Source: Eledone cirrhosa
Lineage: Eukaryota
Assembly: GCA_964016885.1 (NCBI GenBank)
Contig: OZ024742.1
Location: forward strand, 28,272,001 to 28,336,000
DNA length: 64,000 nt
Reading direction: 5' to 3'
Positions 54,542 to 64,000 of this stretch are shown one piece after another. Each line of letters starts with the position of its first letter. Position 1 is the first letter of the stretch. The notes under the pieces were generated by a model that did no database searches, was not told the DNA's origin, and saw nothing but the letters and a program-made list of their open reading frames with translations. The position numbers and the translations under genes are program-made.

Positions 54542-56178
54542 GGGACAGCAATTGCTTCCTAGGAAAGTCAAAGCCAGCTGGTTTAAAACACTTGTCCAAG
54601 ATCCCACACAGTGGGATCAAATCTGGAGCCTTGTAGTTGTAAAGTGAACTGCTTAACCATTGAGTCATGCTGCATCCAGAATAGAATATTCTACACAATT
54701 ATATAAGAATCACGCTTGAGATTTTGTCATTGTTAAAGCTAATATGTTAGAAATATTTTCCATTTCAGAATCATTTATCTGCTCAAGAAGTTTACAGTGT
54801 GGTTGATGTGGAAGTAAATATATAAACATCTAAGACGAGGTGTTAAATAGTTTTAAATTCTCAGACATATCGGTGCTAAGAGAAAACCTAATCACTATGG
54901 TCAGCACAGATTTCCAAACAATATGGCTGCCAGTTGTGTAAAATATTTTAGCTATGGCGATATTTGACTGGTGTTGTTGGTATTTAGTCCTGGGTCAGGC
55001 CTGATCAAGGAGATATATGATCAAAACTGATCATTCCAGACAGGACTGCTTTTATTTTTTGTTTTTCTTCTGTTTTTCAAGGCAAAGTGCGCCCCTTGCT
55101 ACATTATCCAGTGAGTCCATTTTTTTTAAGACACCAAAGTGTGCTTTGAGGTAATTGTAGTTGCTATTTCTATTAGGTCAAGAACCACATAGAGGCTCTC
55201 TTCAAATTTTATGAATAACTAATTTGATCCCCAAATCTGAATATTTCTATGATCCAATAAGTATGATTGGACCTGTAGGGGCACTATATTGATATACCAT
55301 GTTTCTGAGGCATTTTAGAAGCTGGCGGAGCCCATTTCCTCTCCAGATCTGATTACTGCAGATTTCTTCCAGAAAAGGATAGCAAGAAAGAAAGAGACTT
55401 GAAGTAAGAAAGATATATAGTGAAAGAATTGACATAACTACTAGACTTTTTATCTTCTTCACCCACTTATTCCTGAGAGAGTCATGGAGGCAGAGTACTC
55501 AAACACTCCTTCTAACAGGTACTGTCAGAAACAACTGTATTCAACTGATCTGGCTGGATTCCCAAGTGACACCAACCGACCTCATGGATGTTATCCAACC
55601 TTCTTGTTCAAGGTCTATCCCTAGGTATCCTGCTGGAAGGTTTTGCCTGTAAAATCTGTCTAGCGATTCTTTTTCTTATCGACCTCGAATGGACAAAAAG
55701 CAACTTTGATCACACCAGGATTTGAACACAGAGAACAGGAACGAATACCACAAAACATTCTATCCGACATTCTCATGACTCTGCCAATTCACTGCCTATC
55801 ATCCAATATACTTTAAATTAAACAAATTACAGTAATCAAAGTGAATGGCGACAGCAAATAGGCAAACTCACTTCATCTTTGTTAGATGTTAATCAATAGA
55901 CTTATTGTTCAATATCTTTATTTCAATACATTAAACTTGTCATACAATAATTGAAATTAATTCTTTTTCTCATAAATAAAATCAGTTCAACAACGAATCA
56001 GATTATTACTAATGTAAAGTAGACAATGTAATGCTTACCACTGCCATTAAATCAATTCAGGATTTTAATCTAGAAACGATATATTGTGTAATATGGTTTC
56101 TAGTTTAACTTAACGTCCTCTAACACATTAAACAGTTTTAGAAAAACTGCATTGAAAACAATGGAGGAAGCACCGGAA

Positions 56179-56207
<29 letters not shown>

Positions 56208-56210
<3 letters not shown>

Positions 56211-56390
56211 AATGCTATAAAGATAGCTTATGAAATAGGGTAAAAACCCTTAAAAGCAGAAAAAGATGTTGTCATATGCCGCTATAAAAAATTGAACCCC
56301 ATATCTTCCCGAGAGGCCAATGACAACACCTTTTTCCGTCTTTAAATGATGTTCACTCTATTTTATAAGCTCTGTCTATAGTACTATTTG
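56208..56390. repeat. Old imperfect fold-back between (TA)n and (TG)n
   Basis: agcttatgaaataggg...gaaaaagatgttgtcat versus atgacaacacctttttc...ctctattttataagct. Confidence 0.65.
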
Positions 56391-56949
56391 TGTGTGTGAG
56401 TTGAAAAATATATAACAACACTAAGCATGTATCACATGAAAGATTAAAGCGTCTATCCTGATACTTTGAATTTTCACAACGATTTGTTAACTAAGATACT
56501 ACAAATATTTGAATTGACAAAACTCTTTTTCGGATATTCAGTTAAATCATTGGAAGACGTTAGGAGTTAATTAAATGTTGTTCAACAAACAACACTGCAA
56601 CATGGGGCTCTAGAGTTGCCTTCTAATAATGTTTTAAGGCAAAATATTACACGGTATTGCCACAAGTGATAGCAAGACTAAGATTCTGGAATAATCAAGC
56701 AATGTTGCAGGCATCGCTTGACATGTCGGTAAGGCAAGCCGCCAACAATGACAAGAACCTCGTTGTCAGCTACCCAACAAACCCTATGTTTATGACTTAA
56801 ATGTGGGATATCGAAATAGCAGAGAATGAGAGCAGCAATTCTGCAGAACGATGTCTACGAAGCTGTAACAATATTATACTCAATGGACAGATGTTCGAAC
56901 AACATGATTCACATATTGGTTATATTAATAACGATATATGATATAACAT

Positions 56950-57250
56950 TAGGCAAGGTATTGGCAGAGTCTTTAGAACGCAATGCGGTGTTCGTTCCTG
57001 CCGTCTGGGTTCAAATTTGTCTTTTAACCTTTCGAGGTCGATAAAAGAACCTGTCTAGTACTGGGGTTGATTCTTCCTCTATATCTCCCCCTCTATCTGT
57101 CTCTTTAAGGAATCTGCTGTCCTGACCTTCAGAGGAGATAAGCGCCGCCAGACATAAAATGCTCAAGAAACGTTGTATGCTAATACGGCGCCCCTACATC
57201 TCCATTAGGAATTATAGGACTAAGCCCGCATACCATACAAGAGATAAAGT
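56950..57250 (+). mobile_element. SINE family B head with an alternative 3' tail; second copy at 62678-62935
   Basis: cctttcgaggtcgata...tactggggtygattcttcctctatatctc...caagaaacgytgtatg..tacggcgc..ctac present in both copies. Confidence 0.75.
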
Positions 57251-57272
57251 CAAACGCACACATATCTATATA

Positions 57273-57445
57273 GGAAAAGAGTCAGAACCCCGACGGCTAA
57301 ATCCGAACTAGTTCGGATCAAACTGTCGAAACGGCCGGAGCTCAGCCGTCGGGGTCGTAGCTCTTTTCCTATTACCCACTCTACTACCCTAAGTATTGAG
57401 TACCCTGGTGCGTTATGGTCCACCTGGTATCTTACTACACCCTCA
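57273..57445 (+). mobile_element. HP-A family (copy 3, diverged)
   Basis: ggaaaagag...accccgacggct / agccgtcggggt...ctcttttcc; same downstream body. Confidence 0.8.
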
Positions 57446-57569
57446 TCGGGATCCTGATGCTCTCTCTATATATATATATAGCTATCGATTTTCGTCAAAT
57501 CGGACTGAGGAAAAAATGTTTCCGTTGGTCTTTCCAATTGCTACTACTGTCTATCGGTCGCAACTCCAG

Positions 57570-57685
57570 GTAGAAGGAGCAACGGGAAATAAAGTGTCTT
57601 GCTCAAGGATATAACACATCGCCGGGTCCGGGAATCCTCACGATTGCGAATCCAATTCTCTAACCAATCAGCCATGCACCTTCAC
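57570..57685 (-). mobile_element. tRNA-SINE family A-like head
   Basis: Minus strand gcatggctgattggttagag...ccttgagcaagacactttatttc. Confidence 0.75.
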
Positions 57686-58222
57686 TAATATATATATATA
57701 TATCTTTTCCTGAGTCCAGTCTTTTTCGTTGCTATGGCAATGCGGCTGGACTGCCGATCGCTATATTTGATTTGCAAAGCTGTCTAAACGTATTGTTATT
57801 ACTCTGGGGTATTATTCTCCATCGAGTGCTAAAGCTACATTCCGAATCTGCATTCGTTAGCTTAGCCGCAGCCTAAAGCTTCGTTAATTCTGTACTAAAA
57901 TTTGTATATATATATAATATATATATATATATACTTATTGTCGTCGTTTATTCGGTGATGGTTATGGTCAGCCATATTTTAGTCATAAAAATCCCAGCTA
58001 TTTCAAAAATATATATCGTTTTTTTTTTTTTTATGCTAAACCTAAACTCTTACTTCATATATTTCTATATACGAATAAAGACATGAAAAAGACGGTCCCA
58101 TTACAATTACAGACACAGCTCCTTTTGTTGCTACATCTAGCAGGTCGAACGATTTAGTAAAGACACCCTCATTGATATATCATATAAATTGTGTAAACAG
58201 ATGACAGTAGTAGTAGTAATAA

Positions 58223-59010
58223 TTGTTTCTACTTTTTGTACAAGGTCAGCAATTAACCAGTACATTACTGGTACTTTATTTTATCGACCCCGTAAGAATG
58301 AAAGGCAAAGTTAACCTCGGCGGGATTTGAACTCAGATCGTAAAGGGACGTAATTATGCTGGAAAGCATGTCCGACCCTCTACGTAATAATAATTGTTTC
58401 TACTTTTGGCACAAGGCCAGCAATTACCCAGTGCATTACTGGTATTTTATTTTATCGACCCCGTAAGGATGAAAGGCAAAGTTAACCTCGGTGGGATTTG
58501 AACTCAGAATAGCAAGGGCCGTAACTCTATGCGTCAAAGCATGGCGTGCGACCCTCTACCGATACTGCCAATTCACCGAATAATAATAGTTTCTGATTCA
58601 GGCAGAAACCAACAATTTTGGGGGAGAGGAAAGTCGATTATTCGATCCCAGTGCATTACTGGTGCTTTATTTTTTCGACCCCGTAAGGATGAAAGGTAAA
58701 GTAGCCTTTGACGTAAAGGGACGTAACTATATGCTGCAAAGCATGTTGTCCGACGCTCTGCCAATCCATCGTCCTCTTTAACAAAAACCGGAACAACATT
58801 AACATAATAGTTTTTTACTTAAGCACAAGGCCAGCAATTTTGGGGGAGGGGGAAATCGATTAAATCCATCCCGGTGTATTACTGGTGCTTTATTTTATCG
58901 ACCCCGAAAGTATGAAAGGCACACTAGACCTTGACGGAATTTGAACTCGGGATGTAAAGAGCCGGAATATACGCCGCAACGTATTTTGTCCGACGCTCTA
59001 ACGATTCTGC
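58223..59010 (-). mobile_element. Four head-to-tail copies of SINE family B
   Basis: Copies at about 58223-58383, 58393-58578, 58586-58770 and 58808-59010, each starting at a (TAA)n-like tail. Confidence 0.9.
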
Positions 59011-59029
59011 TAAATGATAATAAAAAACT

Positions 59030-59328
59030 AAAGAATTGACAACTACTCTCGGTTAAGAGTTGAAATTGCTAGAATGTAGGACAAAAGCATGCAAACGATA
59101 CCAATAGTAATAGGAGCTTTAGGATTGGTCACCAAAAACGTCGAATGTTATTTGAAAGAAATTGGCATTTCACCAAATATAACTACTCTGCAAAAATCTG
59201 CTTTGTTGGTTGCTGTGAACATTCTGTGCAAAGTACTTTGAATCTGGGGTCATTTGACTTGATTGGGAGATTAAATATCATCACTTGTCTAGTCTAAGAA
59301 CTGAGCAGACTTATAATAATAATAATTC
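59030..59328 (+). pseudogene. 3' end of an R4/Dong-type LINE with restriction-like endonuclease
   Basis: YSRLRVEIARM*DKSMQTIPIVIGALGLVTK...LQKSALL..VNILCKVL*, short 3'UTR and (TAA)n. Confidence 0.82.
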
Positions 59329-59366
59329 TACTTTAAGGGGCCGATAAAATAAAGTACCAGTAATAA

Positions 59367-59397
<31 letters not shown>

Positions 59398-59610
59398 GAT
59401 GGCAATGATAATAATTTTTTTTTTTTTTTTCATTATTGCAGTTTACACATTCGAAATCGTATTTCTGTAAAATTTCATTAAAAAAAATTGCATCGTTAAG
59501 AAAGTTTTGGAGAAACAAAGTCGAATGGAAAACATTAAACTGTAAATCACATTTTATTACGAATAACGATAAAAAAAACTACTGAATTCGAAAGCTAATA
59601 AACAAGAAGT

Positions 59611-59844
59611 CTAACCTCTTTGATACGAAAGTGTCTGAAACCGCCCCTGGTTCTATGATACATGGCTGTTTGTATTAATCTAAAAACCTTATGTAAGATT
59701 TCTTTGTTAAATTTTTCTCGAAACACCAGCTTAATTGTGATAAATTTAATTCGATTGCAAAAGCCCTTGAAATTAATTGACTATATTGAAAATTAATTGA
59801 AATTCACAGGTAGTATCTTTCATTAGTGGTAATGAAAGGGTCAA
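59611..59844. mobile_element. piggyBac-type MITE (family 2)
   Basis: taacctctttgatac...ctgaaaccgcccctggttctatga...ggtaatgaaagggtcaa; relics at 1009-1180, 38340-38545 and 45460-45916. Confidence 0.7.
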
Positions 59845-60134
59845 ATACAAATAAATACAGAATAAATAGAAACATTTAGACTGAAAAAACAAATGGAAAT
59901 CAAGTGAGAAAGAGAAATATTCTCCCTCACAATACTCCGGGGAAATGCCGTCTCTATTCTGTCCTCCGGCGCCGCACGGCGGCCAGCGCGTGGGCCCCAA
60001 TTTGCTTATAATAGTGAGAGATGGGGAGAATATGATAGACGGTGGCAGTGACATTGTGAGTTTGGTTCCACTGTGTCCGGGCCTGGTGAATATGAATATA
60101 TTTATTTACCATACCGTATTAATGTATAACCAGA

Positions 60135-60835
60135 CCACTATCACAGGGTGGACAGACACGCCTTCTAGAAGGAATCACCTCCAATTGATTTGGCTGGATC
60201 CCCAAAAGAGACCAGCCGCCCTCATGGATGTTATCCAGCCATCTCTCTCAAGATCTACTCCTAGGTCTCATGCACGCTGGATTTTCCTGTAAAATCTGCC
60301 CAATGGTTCTTTCCTTAGATATTCTAATGACATGTCAGTTTACGGGATCTGTGTTCGGAGTAGTAGTGGTTACGAACCTTATCGAGAAATGTTACTCTAA
60401 ACCACTATCGGAGGGACACCATTTGCGATCGTATTCTTTCGGTCATGACCCAAGATTCATGACCAAAGGTAAGGTTGGGAACAAACAAGGAATTAAAGAT
60501 AACGTGTTTGGGCGAAGAACAAGAAAAAGAGAAGTGTTTGGTATTCACCCCTACCTCCCTTTTTTGATAACCGAGTGATGAAGCTGGTACATTACTACAC
60601 CAGCTCCTGCAATTCTTGCATTTAATTCAGCCTCACTCCTTTCATTACTCGTGCTTCAGTGCAACTTCACACACATGCAGAGTGCACTACGTGGGCTTTC
60701 TTAAAAGGGGGCGTGTCTCAGTTTTAACAGCAATGATTTTCATTCCAGCCGTGCAGCGCTCGGCAGCAATCCTGACCAGTGCATGCCGCGTATCAACACC
60801 CGGGGAGTTAAGTAGTATTATGCATTCTGCAAATT
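60135..60835 (-). pseudogene. Old RTE (Expander/Rex3-like) RT and C-terminal fragment
   Basis: Minus strand AGMKI..KTE and LTFGHESWVMTERIRSQ motifs; 3' part matches the 53845 and 55545 relics. Confidence 0.75.
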
Positions 60836-61147
60836 CCAGCTTACTGAAAATTACAATTAAGGCTTACTCTCACGAATTATGAGAGATGAAAGTCAGTATT
60901 GGCCGAATTTGAACTCACAACAAAATTTCAACTAATTTTGTGATTTACCCAACACTCACAATGTAGTGTCATCCATCAAAATAACAATAAGGTTTCACTG
61001 GACGTTAACAGAGCATGTTAGCCTGATTTTGCTGCCTTTTATCAAGTTGCCGTAAAGAACAACCACCAGCCTCAATCTAGCTTCTGTGTGCCCCTCTAAC
61101 ACGACTTTGTATGTTTGCATCTCTGTGTTTGTTTTATTTTATTTATC

Positions 61148-61198
<51 letters not shown>

Positions 61199-61789
61199 GG
61201 CCTTTTTTTATTTTCGCCGAAATTTCTGAAAAGTCTTTATTTCAACATCAAAGCTAACGGAATTTTAGTTCCTGCTGCGGCCTTTCCGATCACACGGAAC
61301 TCACATTTGCTGATGACATGACTTTACCATTTACAAGCGAACCCATTCACTCTAACATGTTCAGTGAATCCTTCAAATGTCCGTGTAACATGTCAGGCTG
61401 GCTCCCTAGGGAGAAACAAATACTTGTTGTTCCTCATCATTACCATTTCTTTGCGAATTACACACACACACACACACACATCGTTATTCAACACATGCAA
61501 ATTTCATTAAATCCGCTCCCACTTTCCTCCTACATTTCCACCAAAGATTGCTATTTCTACTGCTGCTGCTATATACATTTTTATAATACAGATAGTCGTT
61601 GTTATTTAGCCCAAGGCAAACCCTCATGAAGACGTCCTATCATCACATATTCTATCCATGATCCTCTGGTCTTCTGAGGATTACATCAGTGGCTCATAAC
61701 CTTTTTCCTTCTACGATCTACCAAAAACTTTCAAGGAATTTGATTTTCTCTATCAATGTTTTCAACATATTTGGTGTTTAAAATATACA

Positions 61790-61952
61790 ATAAACAGATG
61801 GTTGAGTGATTAAGGAATTCGCTTTGTAACAAGTTGGTTTTGGTTTCAATCCCGCTGCGAAACAACTTGGACAATTATCCTCTACTATAACCTTAGTTGA
61901 CCAATATCTTACGAATGGAGTTTGGTAGATGGAACGTGCAGAAGCCCATCGT
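61790..61952 (+). mobile_element. Degenerate SINE (family C); relatives at ~32245-32480 and 48570-48705
   Basis: tggttgagtgattaag...ttcaatccc...tttggtagatggaac..gaagccc. Confidence 0.55.
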
Positions 61953-61987
<35 letters not shown>

Positions 61988-64000
61988 CATACACACAGAG
62001 AAGCGGTTCTGAAACCGCCCGAGCTCGTGGTCGATCCTCTACTCTCACTAATATTATATATATATGTTTGTGGGTGTATGTGTGTAACAACGTTTATGTA
62101 TATATTTATGTCACACTACCTCGCGGTTCCACACAAACAAGATCGATAAAATAAGTACCAGACTTGAGAAAATAAATACTAGGAGTCAATATGATCAACA
62201 AAAAAAAAATCAAGGTGGGGCCGAAGCATGGCCGCAGTTTATTGCCTGAAAACCAATAAAAATAATAATGAAAACTTTAGAACTGTTGTTTCCTTTTGTT
62301 GGGTGTGCATCTCTCTTACTCCATTCAGAATCACTGGACTGCATTAGTGAACATGTTATTCTTTGTTTAAGACGATAGGGGTTAATTTTGTAGCAAATAC
62401 GCGCAAGAGTGAGGAAATCAAAGGCTGAAATACAGTCCACTAAATAAACAATCATAGAAGACTGTATATAGAATTACAATCTCTTATTTCCTCTACATAA
62501 GGTCAACTTAACATTAGTACGTAGAATAGATGATATACACAATAACTGAAATATTAATTTCAGTGCAAAAATGAAGATGTAATGAAGAGAGTGTAATTAA
62601 ATACTTTATGAATGCTTAATTCTTTTATATCCAGGGAACATGAAAACAACACTGTCTTAGATAGAAGCTATGACAAGTAAATTGCCTTTCATCCTTTCGA
62701 GGTCGATACAAAAGGTATTAGTCTAATACTGGGGTCGATTCTTCCTCTATATCTCTTTCCTAATTCCACTCTGTCACTTTCTATCCTTCTCTAGAAGAGA
62801 TCTGCTGTGTTCAGGCCTGGAGAGGGATGGACTCCGCCAGGTTTAAGATGCCCAAGAAACGCTGTATGACACTACGGCGCTTCTACGTCTCCGTCTGGTG
62901 TTACAGGGCCATACCATAGCAAATAAAGTTGTTTACTTGAATACCTAATGGTACATACAAATCCGGTAAACATGGATTCGGATTCGGGGAGATTTTTTTA
63001 AATATTTTCAGAAGCGTAACTTTACATTATTTTGTTATTATTATTACATGTCACATGACAGAAATATTCTAAGAAGGTTCTATGGATAAAAAAAAATGGC
63101 GTTGGTCTTAAAACATTGATATATAGAGTTGACAAGCCATGGTATCTAGCAAAAGGCGTAAATCAGAAATATGAATATATCATTTACAGAGAAATATGTC
63201 TGTCAAACGAACAAGTGATCAAACGTAGGGGGAGTCTATTTTATAATTTCATTGAAATATAGCTTCTATTTTCAACAGGTTGAGCGACCAAATATATTTT
63301 TTTACATAGACACGTGATCACAAACATGGGTAAAGTGTTATCGTCGACCCTCATATTTAACTGGTATTTTATAAGAAGCAACGCACTGGCCTTTCTGTTA
63401 GTTAAGTCTGCCTCGTGTCATACACTACTGTCTTGAAAATACAAAAAGCACATTAAATATTGTAATCGTTGATGCATTATTAATTAAGGACTCAATACAG
63501 TATTCACTGAACCCTTGAATCAGTGTTTACTAAACTTATTTTGTCACAAAACCCATATATTAGTATCCTACAATCGCAGTACCCATATCTATATTTTACA
63601 TGTATTACCCCTACGCTGGTCTGGTGAGGAAGTTACGTGGAACCCCAGCAGCACAAAAAAGATCTGTAAAAAGGGCAGATGAACTCCTCAGAATCAACGC
63701 TCATCCACCCCAACTATAGATTAAATATTGTCACCAACCCGCAATTGGCCAAGCATGGTGAGTACGGTTACATCGCTGACATGACCAAAACCAAACAGAA
63801 AGTGGTAGAGGTCAACCAGGTAGTGGTTCTTTCAACAGGAGTGTGAAGGCCCTGGATTGATTTGGATTGGATCTCCAGTTTAATTCTAATAAGCCATTGA
63901 CAAAAACAAAAATTGTTTTAGAGAGAAAATTTAATTGTATAAAATGCGCAGCATAAAATCAATTTTCATAAAATTTTTATTAATTATCACCTTATCTTGC

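Noticed and set aside
54769-54813. Candidate 45-nt + strand exon (NHLSAQEVYSVVDVE)
   Set aside because: Splice signals are plausible but it is too short and has no recognisable homology

Overview
AT-rich, microsatellite-saturated animal genomic DNA. The repeat families and the (TA)n/(CA)n landscape suggest a cephalopod, most likely Octopus; this is an inference from memory, not a database result. No host protein-coding gene can be identified with confidence, and nearly all long ORFs in the track are microsatellite translations. Contents: (i) an 8.3-kb triplet-phased tandem array (2097-10376) that is stop-free on both strands apart from one 1-nt slip, reading as a ~2,780-aa Gly/Cys/Ser polymer on - or a Thr-rich N-I-T mucin-like polymer on +; (ii) a near full-length but frameshifted RTE LINE (23647-27027, -), plus 3' fragments of other RTE families and one R4/Dong-type fragment; (iii) two main tRNA-SINE types, hAT MITEs with 8-bp TSDs and piggyBac-type TTAA MITEs; (iv) the most notable signal, a set of short non-coding elements embedded in (TA)n tracts that carry type I hammerhead ribozymes (four with intact cores, several degenerate) and fold-back inverted repeats. 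One is a canonical hammerhead inside a ~317-bp partial tandem repeat (21762-22299) resembling a non-LTR retrozyme or non-autonomous Penelope-like element. In several elements the fold-back point coincides with the ribozyme core.
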